Below, in pieces: positions 1 through 13,356 of a DNA stretch of 64,000 bases. Position 1 is the first letter of the stretch. The number at the start of each line of letters is the position of its first letter. Made by a program: the position numbers and the translations under genes. A model generated the notes under the pieces. That model worked only from the letters and a program-made list of their open reading frames with translations. It searched no databases and had not been told where the DNA came from. The stretch lies in the NCBI GenBank assembly GCA_964016885.1, contig OZ024740.1, positions 71,300,001 through 71,364,000 on the forward strand, given 5' to 3'. The DNA is from Eledone cirrhosa (taxonomy: Eukaryota).

Positions 1-37
<37 letters not shown>

Positions 38-404
38 CATAGTTTATTTAATGCCAAAACATCCATTAGGAGAATACAAGCTAGACAAACCAATATAAGA
101 AAGTTTCTGGAATTAAAAAACAATATTGATTATCTCAATAAAATAAAACGACCAATATTGAAAGAAATTTTTTCATTGGAGGGATTCTTTCAATATAGGG
201 AAAACATTTACTAAACAAAACTCTGATCAAGCTTTGTATCATTAGAAACCAGATTCTTTATAAAAAGCATTCAAATAATTAAAAACAAAAGACACATACA
301 TGCACACACATAAACACTTGCACACAAAATATAATTAGAGTCTGTTTCAAAAAGACCTCCCACTAACTGTACACAAACACTTTTTATTATTCTGTCTCCC
401 CAGG

Positions 405-826
405 TGATAGATTGGCAGAATTGGTAGAGCAGTTGATAAAATGCCATTGAGGTATTTGTTCTGGCACTTTATATTCTGAGTTCAAATTCTGCGATGGAAA
501 ACTTATCCTTTCATCCTCCTAGGATCAATAACAAAAAATACCAATCAAATATTGGGGTTGATTTTATCAATTTTCCACTTCACCCAAATTTGTTAACCTT
601 GTGCCTAAATTAGAACTCTATAGGGAGAGTGAATAGACAATAACAGTAGAGCATTGGACAAAATGTTTTTCAGTATTTAGTTATAACTCTTAAAGTACTG
701 AGTTAAAATCCTTTGCCTTTCATCTTTCTGAGGTCAATAGAAATAAGGTGCCAGTAAAGTACTGGGTCAATATACTCAACTTTCCATTTCCCCAAATTGC
801 TGGCCTTGTGCCTAAATTAGAAATCA
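405..826 (+). mobile_element. Two degenerate tandem tRNA-derived Meta-type SINE copies
   Basis: TGGCAGAATTGG A box, GAGTTCAAAT B box, ccttt-catcc...gtcaata...taccag domain and ggccttgtgcctaaattagaa tail, all matching the young copies at 7393 and 13172. Confidence 0.65.
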
Positions 827-1398
827 TTATTCTATCTCTTCCTCTCTTTCCTTAATCTAAACTCTTAATGATTATGCCACCCAGGTAGTAGACAATCACA
901 TCAATTAATAATATACATCACCATCTACAAGTAAGAGAAACTAATGTTTCTAGGTGCAGCTATGATTCACTGAAGTAGCAAGCCAAAGTTGACATTAGCT
1001 TTTGTTGTTGTTGTTTTATTTTCTATGGATACCAGCCACAATGTTTAGACCCAGAAAAATTAGAATGGTTAAGCTAATCAATAAAATCAATAGAAACCAA
1101 TATTGATTATATGAAACAGAACATCGATTTACTTGAGGCTCTGTTCAATCATTGTGTATGGGTCTTAACTTGAAATAAAACACAAATATATATATACATA
1201 TATATTTGTGTCTGTGCATATATAATGCAACTCAAAAGGTTGGGGAACTGTGTGTGTCAGATAATAATGCAAAATTGGCAACAGGTAAAAAAACTTTACA
1301 GTTATTGGCTGTTGAAATGAACATCCACATATGGACATGTTTACATATGGACATGTTTACCTTTCACACACATATATATACATATGTATGTATATATA

Positions 1399-1615
1399 TA
1401 CTTTGGGAGGGTTATGCTGCCAATAAAAACACACGCACTTGTTGGGTTTCACTTCAATTTATTATAAACTCTCAGTCGGATAGTTTGATAAGCAGATGGT
1501 TGTTTAGTTGTTGATTGTTAAAGCTCATTCATCACACATTCTGTGACCTCATCAGTGACTACTTTAGTTGTTATTGTGTCTCCCCTTTTTTTCTGTCCTA
1601 CACCATCTTGTTTAT
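1399..1615 (-). mobile_element. Solo 3' end (pLTR) of a Penelope-like element with a degenerate hammerhead
   Basis: Homologous to 37077-37310 (tactttgggagggt...tcacacattctgtgacctc.tcagtgact...ctgtcctac.ccatcttgttt); abuts (TA)n. Confidence 0.7.
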
Positions 1616-1620
1616 ATAAA

Positions 1621-1918
1621 GGATAAAGGATAAAGATCCCATTACTCCTTGTGGAGTTGTAGAGGCACCGTGAAATGATGCGTCTAGGGCACTTTTAAAC
1701 CTGCTGGGGCCCAACCCTGTCCAGGTCTGAACACGGATGATTTTTCTATAGAGAAAGAATCAACCCCAGTACTGGACTGCTACTTTTTTTATCAACCTCG
1801 AAAGAATGAAAAGCAAATTTGACCCCAGCGGGATTTGAATTCAGAGCGTGCAAAGAGGTGGGACAAATACTGTAAAGCATTCTATCCTATGTCTTAACAA
1901 CTCTGCCAATTTGCCGCC
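1621..1918 (-). mobile_element. Meta-type SINE with an alternative tail ending in (ATCCTTT)n
   Basis: Head and Meta-like domain at 1755-1918; tail 1621-1750 is homologous to 9395-9515. Confidence 0.6.
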
Positions 1919-2137
1919 TACGAGGGCATTCTGAGAAGTTCCTGGCTTGAGCGCTACTACAGAGGCCTGGACGAAGGCCCAACCTTCCAAGTTCTTTTTA
2001 CATGGCTTAGAAAAACTGAAGGACTGCTGCAATAAGTGTGTGTATCTGAGAGGGGAATATGTTGATTGAAATCATAATTAACTGATCCTCCTGTATTTTC
2101 TTTTATTCAAAGCCAGGAACTTTTCAGCACCCCCTCT

Positions 2138-2186
<49 letters not shown>

Positions 2187-3059
2187 ATATACACATATAT
2201 ATATATATATATCCCTCACTTACCATTCTTACCACCTCTCTTGCCGTTATTTGTTCAACCTCCTACCAGCAGCCAACATATCTTTGCTCATTGTCTCCAA
2301 CATTTCTCCCTTCTATACTATCCTATCACTCTGCCTTCCCCTATCACCCTCATCATCATACATCTCTTTCCCTCTTAATCACCACTACCACTTCTACTTT
2401 TCACTACCACTTCTACTTTTCACTACCACTTCTACTTTTCACTGTCACTCACATTTGCTTTGGAACAAGCATCTCTATAAAATGCACTCAGTACACTCTA
2501 TGAGGTTGTTAGCATTGGAACAGTAAAATAGAAAGAATTCTTCAGTCACATCAAGGATGATGACAATCCCTTGAGTGCTAGTTCCACAATAAAACACACC
2601 CACTTCACTGTCAAGTGATTGGTCTTAAGAAGGACATGCAACTGTAAAACCCATGCCAAAAGTGGAACATATTGAATGAAATGTGTTGCCTCAACCTGTT
2701 GAAAAGAATGTAGCTCCGAATAAACAGTAACATATGGTGCCACAATAAAATGTACTTGGTAGCAGGTGGGAACATTTTATAAGTGAGATGCTAAAGAGTT
2801 GAAAAGACTCTTCAGCTGTATCAATGATATGACATCCTCTCTGGTGCTGGTGCAACAAAAAAATGCACTCAGTAGAGCATGGGAACATATATTTGCAAGA
2901 TGTGGGTCCTCCTGGCCTATCTGACAGGTCAGTAGCTCTACAGAGAAGATATAACAATGATGTTGATATATATTGTAGCACAACTTTTGATAGAATAATT
3001 TTGTGAACCTATTCTCATCAGTTGGATGAGAACAGGCTTCCAAAATTATTCTATGAAAA

Positions 3060-3365
3060 GTTGTTTGAATGGTTAAGAAGCTTGCTTTGTAATCCATTAA
3101 GCCATTAAGTCCTGGGTTTGATCCTACTGTGCAGCATCCTTGGTAAGTGTCATTTACCATAGTATTTGGTTAATCCAAGCCTTAGATGAAAATTGCAGGG
3201 AGTCTCATCAGATATGTGTATTGTGTACACATGATAGCGTGATTGATAAAATAAGCACAGACATGGCAAAATAAATACTTAGGTCAATATGATCAATGAA
3301 ATTCCTTGAAGGATGTATCCCAACATTGCTGCAGTCTAATCAGTGAAACCAATTAAAGGATATAA
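3060..3365 (+). mobile_element. Old CORE-type SINE, degenerate
   Basis: tggttaagaagcttgct...gggtttgatcc head followed by ccttggtaagtgtc CORE-like motif. Confidence 0.45.
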
Positions 3366-4882
3366 GAATAAAATTTACACCTACCTTAGCCAAATTATAA
3401 CAACTCAACTAAGTAAAAAATAAGAAATAAAATGGCTAATTACCAAGGACTGGCAAGTCTTTTTGGAAGCTATGTTTCAATTGCACCTAAACATTAAGAC
3501 AAGAGCTCATTATCAATACATCATGACAGCAATTTTTAATCTTATGGAGCAGAAACATGGAACCTCCCAATAACTCTCACAAACAAGTTAAATATATTTG
3601 CATGTGTGCACATAAAAAATGTATCTATTTTATAATTAAGAGAAAGATGAAAAGAAAATAATATGATACATTTGAATGGTTCTTATTTCTGTCTGAGTAT
3701 GATCAGTCATCAGAATATTACAATGAATAATTAATACTGTTTGTAAACAATTTTGCATTCAAGAATGCCTCTCATTGAGTTTCTTAATGGAAGGTGGCTT
3801 AATCATGAATGATTAATTATTCGCGATGGTCTCATTGTAGAGAAAACACAACAGCAATAACAAAATATAAAACACATTAAACTAATCTATATTAAACAGA
3901 TTGGTGATGAGATTATTGGTTTATAATAAAAAATAATATTAATTTCTTTGTGAGAGCACACTTTTGCTATTATTACTACTGATGGTGATAATAATGATGT
4001 GATACAAAGGCAATTGAAATACAATACATTTAATCCTTTCTTTGATTAATGACCCTTGGTGAATTCCTTTACAAGGATGATTGCCATGGAATTTTTATGA
4101 GGAGAAAACTTCAATAACAAAACACCCTACCATTGGGTGACAGTGTGGTGGAAGTGTGACACCCGCAGAGGGACTAGAGTTAAGTCAATGGTGATTCATA
4201 CTCCATGTTGAGTAGAAAAACATCATATCAATTGTCAGGATCAAGAGTTCATTAGATGAAAAACTGCAGCATGCACTGATGAGTTACACCAGATGCATGT
4301 ATCAATGACAAGAAAAATTCATGTAGGCAACCTAACAGTCAGCATAGATAGACAGATTTAAAGGGAGAACATAAAACTGGTCTCCTTCGGGAATTTTTTT
4401 TTTTTTTTTTACAAGAAACCAAGTTATATGATATATATAAACAAGTTCCCTCACACTTGCTTGGACACTCAGAATATAAAGAACTGTAGCAAATACTACA
4501 ACATAATATGTCGAACATTTTAACAATTTCACATATCCACAGCCTGAGAAAGTACTTTATTTTATCAACTCTGGAAGGATGAAAAGCAAAATCGATATCA
4601 GCAGGACTTGAATTCAGAACATTAAGAGCTGGAACAATTTGCTACAAAGTATGTGTAAGTGTGTCTATGTTTCTGCCTGCAAAAATATTTTGTAATTAGA
4701 AATACTTGAAAATACAACCTCATGACTAAATGATGGTGATGATGATGATATATGATAAATCTATACTTGTATATATACAGTATAGAGCTAATTGAGTATG
4801 AGTACTTAGGCATGTAAACATGTCAAATTTATGTATGTCTAAAACACAACTAGATACCGATTCTATCACCCACTTCCATAAT

Positions 4883-5410
4883 TCTTCTTCTTCTTCTTCT
4901 TCTTCTTCTTCTTCTTCTTCTTCTTCTTCTTCTTCTTCACTCACTTATTCCTGAGCAGAGTCCTCACCCCCCCTCCCAATGGGTCCTGTCAGAAGCAACT
5001 ATCTCTAACTGATCCAGCTGGATCCCCAAGCGAGACCAGCCAAGCTCGATGTTATCCAACCATCTTGCTCAAGGTTTACCCCTGGATCTCTTGCTAGTTG
5101 GTTTTGCCTGTAAAATCTGTCCAGTAATTCTTTCCTGAGACATTCTAACTACATACCCATAGTATCGGAGCTGTGATGTCTCAATTCAGAGAAGTAGTGC
5201 TCTACCTGGAGTGACTCTCTGATCACTGAGCTATGCACTCTATCAAGTAACGTTACTCCAAAGACCCTTAGGAAGAAACCCATTTCAGATGCTTGTATTC
5301 GCAATCATATTCTTTCGGTCATTACCCAAGATTCATGACCACAGGTAAGGGTTAGTACAAATACCGAATTAAAGATAGCATGTTTGGCATTTTATACTTA
5401 CCACCCTTCT
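4883..5410 (-). mobile_element. RTE-like LINE 3' fragment with (GAA)n tail
   Basis: Homologous to 61140-61745; degenerate RTE C-terminal coding; (TTC)n at 4883-4938 is the tail. Confidence 0.6.
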
Positions 5411-6221
5411 TCTGATTACTGAATACTACTAATCCAAAACTCAGCTAAATACTTTGGCTCTTATTTGTTTTTGTATGAAATTTTGAACCCTACCTGTAAC
5501 CTTTTTTTATTTTCCTTTTTAATGGTTTTCAGTTGTTTAAGTTTTGAACATCTAAAAGTAAAAAGAAAAAAATCTGCAGGAAAATAATTTTGAAAAATTT
5601 TTTTTTAAATCAGAAATTGATTAGGGTTCAGGAATTTACAACAGTGGCTGGCATTAGGAAAGGCATCCATCTATAGAAAACTATGCCAAATATGGAATGT
5701 ATGAGTAAGATGAGGGCTCTCCAATCCATCCAGTCTTGGACCATTATAACCTGTACAACTGCTCGCATAGAATGTGAACATAAAATTATGATGGTGATGA
5801 TAATATATTTAGCAGAAATGTAGTTTGTTGGTTGTGATATGTCATATGTGTGACTGATGTTAGGGAAAGCAATTTCTTCAAAGCATTGGTATTCAGTGAA
5901 TAGACCAACAAGGAACCAAGACTGCTAATAATATATTTATTCTTTGCTACACCTTACTTTACTACCTTGTTCTTCACTGTTGTACACATCCTAAATTGGT
6001 TTGAGAAAGGGGCAAGGTTGGGAATGGGGCCAGTAACCTCATAAAAAATACCATATTACAGGAAGATTCTTTTCCATGGAATACAACAAATCCATTTCAA
6101 AACTGGAATATGCAGCACTTCAAAATGATATTTTCATTAACGTATGAGTAAACTATTCACATTGAAGGAAAGTATTTTCTTTGATATGATTGACTAAAAC
6201 CCTTTACTCTAGTAAAGGAAT

Positions 6222-6835
6222 CATATTTAAAGCTGTATACAGCTATGGTACGACCACACTTGGAATTTGTATCATCAGTCTGGAACCCCTATCTTGCTCA
6301 GAACATTGACCTGGAAACTGTGCAGAGACGTGCAACCAAGTGCACACCCTCCATCAGACACCTACCATACTCTGAACGCCTTGCTTCCCTGGGCATGGAT
6401 TCATTGAAGCTCCGACGTCTGGCAATGGACTTGGTAAACACCCACAAAGTTATTAACCATCTTGCCAACAACAACCCTTTTTGATCTCCATGTGTCTAAC
6501 ACACGTGGACATGCCTACAAAGTCAGAAAACAGCACAGCTCCCATGACTTTCGGAAACATTTTTTCATGCTTAGAGTTGCTGAAGCATGGAACAAACTGC
6601 CTGCATCAGTTGTTAGCTGCTGAGACACTGCATCCTTTAAAACCCTCATGCTTCCCGAAATTCGCCAAAACTACACCTGATGTACCCCTTCCATATACAT
6701 GCACACATGTGTATATCATGACTCATGCACTGTTCATTTTCCTGACGTTTGTACATTACCCTATGTACTATACATACACTTTTGATGAGTTGTAGTGCAC
6801 CTGAGCACTGTACACAATATTTTCATTATTATCAT
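6222..6835 (+). mobile_element. CR1-like LINE, 5'-truncated 3' end
   Basis: ORF VRPHLEFVSSVWNPY...VQRRATK...YSERL and FF.LRV.EAWNKLP in the next frame; 3' UTR ends gtagtgcacctgagcactgtacacaatattttc(att)n; near-identical copies at 12184 and 52556. Confidence 0.9.
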
Positions 6836-7392
6836 ATATAGCGTGGAAGATAGACGTTAAATGATGATGATGATGATGATGATGATGATATATATATTTT
6901 TTTTTTATGGTAAAGAAAGTTGTTTTTTGCTATACATCAAGACTGAGAGAGAGAGCTGAACAATTAAAGACAGTGACATATTTCTATTTTCTTTTAATTT
7001 TTTCTTACTTCAATATTTTCAATATCTCTCTCTCTCTCTCTCTCTCTCTGCTTCTCTTTCTGCACACACATATAGACATAAATCTATAATTGTTTTTCTA
7101 TTTCTCCTTTTCCACTCTTACTTCTTTGTGTCTTTATTTAAAACAACAAACACAATAATAACAACCATGTAGACAGGTTAGTGGACCATACAAGAATCAT
7201 CATCGTCGTTTTACATCAGCTCTTCCAGCACAGGTTTTGTCATCTCTTCTGTGAGCTTCAGTGATTTAAGATCATTTCTCACAATGCCCCACAACTTTAT
7301 CTGTACATCTATCAATAGTTGTCTTTGTTTTTGTTTTGAATATATGTTTTATCCCATTTGTAAAATAAGTTGGATTACTTTGAATAAATAAT

Positions 7393-7577
7393 TGTTTCTA
7401 CTTTAGGCACAAGGCCAGCAATTATCCAGTGCATTACTGGTACTTTATTTTATCGACCCCGTAAGGATGAAAGGCAAAGTCAACCTCGGCGGGATTTGAA
7501 CTCAGATCGTAAAGGGACGTAACTATGCTGGAAAGCATGGCGTCCAACCCTCTACCGATACTGCCAATCCACCGCCC
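7393..7577 (-). mobile_element. Young tRNA-derived Meta-type SINE with 12-bp TSD
   Basis: A box TGGCAGTATCGG, B box GAGTTCAAATCC, domain gcctttcatccttacggggtcgataaaataaagtaccag; TSD tgaataaataat at 7381-7392 and 7578-7589. Confidence 0.9.
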
Positions 7578-7947
7578 TGAATAAATAATGAATGAATATT
7601 ACATAATTTATTTACTAATATTACATAATTTACTAATAATTTACTAATAATTTACTAATATTACATAATTTATTTACTAAATTTCGTTATTCTTGATTAA
7701 ATATAAATAATTTTGTGGCTTATTTTAAGATTCACTTCTTTAAAATTTTCAAATGTCAACACTTCCAGTTAGCGATCGCTTAAATAAAAATTCATATATT
7801 TCCGTCACTAATTTTCTCCTAATGCAGTTCATATATAATATCGTCTTTTTTTAATGTATCATGGATTACGTTACTGATTACATAAGACAATGTAACGCAG
7901 TCTTCGTTCAATTTCTGTATATATTGTCAATTACGATTTTATTTGAT

Positions 7948-8291
7948 GGAGGCACATGGCTTAGTGGTTAGAGCATTGGCCTTGCAATCGAAAGGTTGTG
8001 AGTTCAATTCTCAGACCGGGTGATGTGTTGTTTCCTTGAGCAAGACACTTTATTTCACATTGCTCCAGTTTACTCAGCTGTAGAAATGAGATGATATGGA
8101 CTTGAGTCCCTATCATTCCACTGCAAAGTGGTCGTGGAGGTGCCACGGCAAAAAAGCACCCAGCACTCACTGTAAATGAGGTTGGTGTTAGGAAGGGCAT
8201 CCAGCTGTAGAAATCAAGCCAGAATCAGTTCCCGTCCCACCCTTGCAAGCAGGGAAAAGTAGACGTAAAATGAAATGATGATGATGATGAT
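7948..8291 (+). mobile_element. tRNA-derived CORE-type SINE with RTE-type tail and (GAT)n
   Basis: A box TGGCTTAGTGG, B box GAGTTCAATTC, CORE-like ccttgagcaagacactt...ccagtttactcagctgtagaaatg; tail gttggtgttaggaagggcatccagctgtagaaa shared with RTE LINEs in this window. Confidence 0.88.
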
Positions 8292-8804
8292 ATCATATCT
8301 ACATTCATATATACTTGTGTATAATATCAATATACACACTACACATGCTAGTAGAAAACCACTGAAAGGGTGGTTTTTCTGCTAGTTACTATAATTGATT
8401 TAAGCAAGTGTAAAACGATATTGGGGGAAAGCAGAAGCAACAAAAAGAATTTAGTGATTCAAGCATCTTCACATAGAATGTTGTAATCAAGGAATTATTT
8501 AGATAAATATTATCTTACTATCCACCCTGTTATTTTTGATAGGTACTATGCTAGTAAAATAATGATATTCCAGTGGTTAAGTCATCAGTTCCCTATACTT
8601 AACAAATCAACATTGTACTTTTATCATTTGCATGGGAAAACTGAAGTGCACTGGTGCAGAAATTTAAATAATTGTAATGATGATGGTAATGGAGTTTTTT
8701 TGTATTAATGACAGGAGGGCAACAGATGAACACCACTTGTTGAAACATGAGTGTCTTCTTTATTTTGTAATCATGAGGTTGTTCACTAATGAGGTGTAGT
8801 AAGG

Positions 8805-8909
8805 GTAGTGGTGGTGGTGGTGATGGGGGATAGTAGTAGTATCAGTAGTAGTAGTGAAGGTATTGGTGGTGGTAGTACTAGTATTAGTAGTGTTGAGGTA
8901 GTAGTAGTA

Positions 8910-8943
<34 letters not shown>

Positions 8944-8960
8944 CAGTAGCAGTAGCAGTC
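8805..8960. repeat. (AGT/GGT)n trinucleotide microsatellite
   Basis: Direct reading. Confidence 0.9.
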
Positions 8961-9394
8961 AACTGATTCATGGAATAGATATGATGTATTTAATTGTATC
9001 AGCTTTATGATAAATGAACAAATATCTCTTTTTTTCTTTCAGGTGTAATGAAGTGTAGCTTGGTGTAATATGGTGTGATATAAAATGTGTGTGTTACAAT
9101 GTTAAAGCAAATTATTACAAGGATGTGTACTTGCTTGTTTTCATGCTTCAAATAGCCTGTTATGCTTCAACACTTTCCTCATGAATATTTCAATAGGTCT
9201 ATGGCAAGTGATATAGAGCAAGAAGAATACCAACACTGTGTTGCTGTTTTAACACCCCATTTGAAGTGATATCCATTCATTTGTAGCACTAATACTCTTG
9301 GTTACAGAGGTAGCTTTTATGGGTGATAAAGCTTGCCTATATGACCAAATTTTCAAAACAATGTACCATATCATGATGTCTCATGTCATGCTTT

Positions 9395-9716
9395 GAGCCC
9401 TTCACTCCTGGTGGAGTTGTAGGAGCACTGTCATTACATATGGTGTGTCTAAGGCATTTAAAACCTGGTGGAGCCCATCCCTCTCCAGGTTTGAATACAG
9501 ACAATTTCTTCCAAAGAAACAAAGAGAGAGAAGTGAGAAATAGAGTATAGAGGAAGAACTGATCACCTTATTGAACTGGTACTTTATTTATCGTCCTCAA
9601 AAGGATGAAAGGCAAAGTTGACCATGACAGGATTTGAACTCAGAGCATAAATAGCCAAAATGAATACCGTGGAGCATTCTGTCTGCTGTTCTAACAACTG
9701 TGCCAATTTACCACCT
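9395..9716 (-). mobile_element. Meta-type SINE, alternative-tail subfamily
   Basis: Same head, domain and tail as 1621-1918. Confidence 0.6.
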
Positions 9717-10969
9717 TTCCATGATGTTTTATATAGACTTACAAAAATGTATAATGTAGCATAGTTGTTATATATATACATTCCAAGCCAGTCAATTTCT
9801 TTTAGTTAAGACAAAGCACTAATATACTCATATGAACCTCTTTGTTGTCAATTGTAAGTTATTGTCGCAATGTTATGCATGTTTATGTTGGACCTCTGTC
9901 ATTTCTGATGGTGAGGAAAGCAATTTCCCCAAAGCATTGGTATTGAGTGAATAGACCAACAATCTGCTCATGAAATTAACATGCAAGTGGCTGAGCATTC
10001 CACAAACAAATAAGAAAATTATAAGATAAGATTCTGTTGATAGGGTGAGACAGATGACACTCTTCACTCAGTTTTTTCTTCAACTTTAGTCAGAAAATTT
10101 TCTTTTTTAAGGTTTAGCTGAAGTTAAAAAAATGCCTGGAGTCTGTAGCATACAAAGAGAAAGGCTGCAGGTACAACAGCCCCAGGCAAGTGGTAGGGGC
10201 ACCCAACCAAAGAGTCACAAAGAAGAATACCGTTAAAGAGGAGCATTAGATGTTTGAATAAAAATAATTAGAAGTAAGAGATGGTATGAATGCAGTAGAG
10301 GATTGTAAAAATGAAGTAGCTGAATTATTTTGGGAACTGGACTTAATCTTTCCAGTGCCATAGACGTGATAACTTGTCCTATCACATATGCATTCCAGTG
10401 CCATGGACGAGATAACTCGTCCCAACATGTTTGAACTATTTTCCAACAGTTTATAACTTCAAGGCTAGGTGGGGTTACTAGTTTATTGATGTGACATTTA
10501 TTAATCATTCAGATATGTGTTGTTAATAAATGTTTGTTAAAAAAAATAGTCATTTTACTGAAAAAAAAAAAAAGCGGCACAGCAACTGTAGCTGTGAAAA
10601 ATGTACGAGGCAGTCAACAGGTTAATAAACATGGTTGATTTTAAGTATTTTGAATGAAGTGTTTATTTCATGTTCCATCTGTTTTTACATATTCAAAACA
10701 TTATAATATCATAGGATTATAATATCATAGGAACAAGGCCAAACATTTGGAGGGAAGGTCTAGTTGATTAGATCCACTCTAGGATTTGAACTCAGAATGT
10801 TAGGAGCATAACCAAATACTGCTATCTATTTTATCTGATGCTCTACTAGTTATACCACCCCAGCCATAAAAAAAAACAGTTTAAATTTCCAAAATGGTGC
10901 AGTTTTGAATAGTGTAATTGTATTTTGATATAAACATATTGCAGTATTATACTATATAGTGATGAAGAA

Positions 10970-11145
10970 ACAGTTTGCTCATGAAATTAACATACAAGTG
11001 GCTGAGTATTCCACAAACTCATGTACCCTTAATGAAATTCTCAGAGAGATTCAGAGGGTGACAAGGCTAGCCTTTTGAATTATAGATACAACTCATTTTT
11101 ACCAGCTGAGTGGAGTGGAGTAATGTGAAATAAAGTGTCTTGTTT
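10970..11145 (-). mobile_element. CORE-type SINE fragment, older subfamily
   Basis: gcaatgtgaaataaagtgtcttg-like CORE end; body shared with 14940-15235. Confidence 0.55.
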
Positions 11146-11269
11146 GCATCTATTTTCATGAGTTAGATGGGTTGTCATGTTCTCAAGCTAGATAGGTCAG
11201 ATGAATTTGTCTCATTCATATGTTCCATTCTAGCATAGTTTCTATAACTGGATGCCCTTTGTAATGTTA

Positions 11270-11700
11270 ACCATTTTACAGTGTATACTGCGTATGTTAT
11301 TGTGGCACTGCCACTACTTCCTTATAGGTACACTTGGTGCATTTTATCATGGCACCAGCATAACTACTTTACAAGGTGAGCTGGATGCATTTATTGTGGC
11401 ACCAGCACTATCACTTTGCAGTGTGAAATGATTGCATTTCATTGTGACACCAGCACTACCACTTTACAGTGTACACTGAATGCATTTCTTTATGACACCA
11501 GCACTACCACTTTACAGTGTACACTGAATGCATTTCATTATGACACCAGCACTACCACTTTACAGTGTACACTGAATGCATTTCATTGAGACACCAGCAC
11601 TACCACTTTACAGTGTGCACTGAATGCATTTCATTGTGACACCAGCACTACTATTTTACAGTGGACATGGAATACATGTTATTGTGACACCAGCACTGCC
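11270..11700. repeat. ~46-bp minisatellite (about 9 units) expanded from a retroposon tail
   Basis: Unit gacaccagcactaccactttacagtgtacactgaatgcatttcattat; directly follows a ctggatgccc tail motif at ~11250. Confidence 0.85.
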
Positions 11701-12183
11701 ACACTTCAACTTCTGGGAGTGCTAACATAATCTAAATCAACCCCTACTTAATTAATTCCTATAAAATAATTATGATTGATATATGTTTACCACAAGATGA
11801 ATAACTAAATCCTACTTGATGTTTCTTTTCCAGAGGAAGTAGTGACTAAACTGATACAACAGTAACTCTTTTGGTACCAAACCACTTGAAAGTACTTCTT
11901 GCTCCACAGCACGAAATGATAATATTGTCACCAAAATACTCCATCACAATTTTATGCAAGAAACTTTGCCTAGTTCTACACCAATAATGGGAAGACTAAT
12001 TAATTCTAAATTCTTGAGTATTTTCAAAATTATAGGCAGCTTTTTCATTAGAAAGATGCAGGGCTAGATTAACCTTACAGCATCAAGAGATGAGAGGTAC
12101 CTTTCCAAAAAAAATTTTCAAAAGAGATTTTATATATAGCATCCGAATAATTCTGCCAATCCACCACCCAAATCAAATGTCTT

Positions 12184-13147
12184 AATAATAATAATAATAA
12201 TGAAAATATTGTGTACAGGTGCACTACAACTCATCAAAAATGTATGTATAGTACATAGGGTAATGTACACACGTCAGGAAAATGAACATTGCATGAGTCA
12301 TGATATACACATGTGTGCATGTGTATGGAAGGGGTACATCAGGTGTAGTTTTGTCGAATTTCGGGAAGCATGAGGGTTTTAAAGGATGCAGTGTCTCGGC
12401 AGCTAACAACTAATGCAGGAAGTTTGTTCCATGCTTCAGCAACTCTAAGCGTGAAAAAATGTTTCCGAAAGTCATGGGAGTTGTGCTGTTTTCTGATTTT
12501 GTAGGCATGTCCACATGTGTTAGACACATGGAGATCAAAAAGGTACTCAGGGTTGTTGTTGGCGAGATGGTTAATAACTTTGTGGGTGTTTACCAAGTCC
12601 ATTGCCAGACGTTGGAGTTTCAATGAATCCATGCCCAGGGAAGCAAGGCGTTCAGAGTATGGTAGGTGTCTGATGGAGGGTATGCGCTTGGTTGCACGTC
12701 TCTGAACAGTTTCCAGGAGGTCAATGTTCTGAGCAAGATAGGGGTTCCAGACTGATGATGCGAATTCCAAGTGTGGTCATATACAGCTTTAAATAGATGG
12801 CTGGAGAGCGGCTAACAAAGGTCTTGCTGAGTGATGCCAAGACACCCTCAGCCTTCTTGACAATCTTAGAGACATGCTTTGTCCAACGCAAATCGCTGCT
12901 GACAGTAATGCCCAGGTCACGTTCACAAGAAGACTTCTTGATATCAGTGTTGTGGAGGGAGTATGTGGACGCTGGGTTTTTCCTCCCAAAATGCATGGTG
13001 GTACACTTGTCCACAGCCAGCTTCAGTTGCCAGTCTGTGATCCATTGCTGCATTGTGTCCAGGTCAGATTGTAGGAAAGAGTTGTAGATTTCAGGATCAG
13101 TCCTTTTGATTCCAAGGTACAGCTTGATGTCATCTGCATATTTCAGT
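12184..13147 (-). mobile_element. CR1-like LINE 3' portion (end of RT to 3' UTR)
   Basis: YADDIKL at ~13120-13140; WITDWQLKLAVDKC, ERDLGI and VQRRATK motifs; same 3' UTR as 6222. Confidence 0.92.
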
Positions 13148-13171
13148 CTTGTAGTAATATATCATGTGAAA

Positions 13172-13356
13172 GGGCGGTGGATTGGCAGTATCGGTAGAGG
13201 GTCGGACGCCATGCTTTCAAGCATAGTTATGTCCCTTTACGATCTGAGTTCAAATCCCGCCGAGGTTGACTTTGCCTTTCATCCTTACGGGGTCGATAAA
13301 ATAAAGTACCAGTAATGCACTGGGTAATTGCTGGCCTTGTGCCTAAAGTAGAAACA
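13172..13356 (+). mobile_element. Young Meta-type SINE with ~19-bp TSD
   Basis: Near-identical to 7393-7577; TSD agtaatatatcatgtgaaa at 13153 and 13357. Confidence 0.92.

Noticed and set aside
2546-3050. Short ORFs here and at 10233-10508 as transposase or exon remnants
   Set aside because: No motif could be identified with confidence.
7948-8025. tRNA gene
   Set aside because: A and B boxes are present but continue into CORE and LINE-tail sequence in multiple copies, so this is a SINE head.
11270-11700. CRISPR-like array
   Set aside because: Contiguous units with no unique spacers, no cas genes, eukaryotic context.
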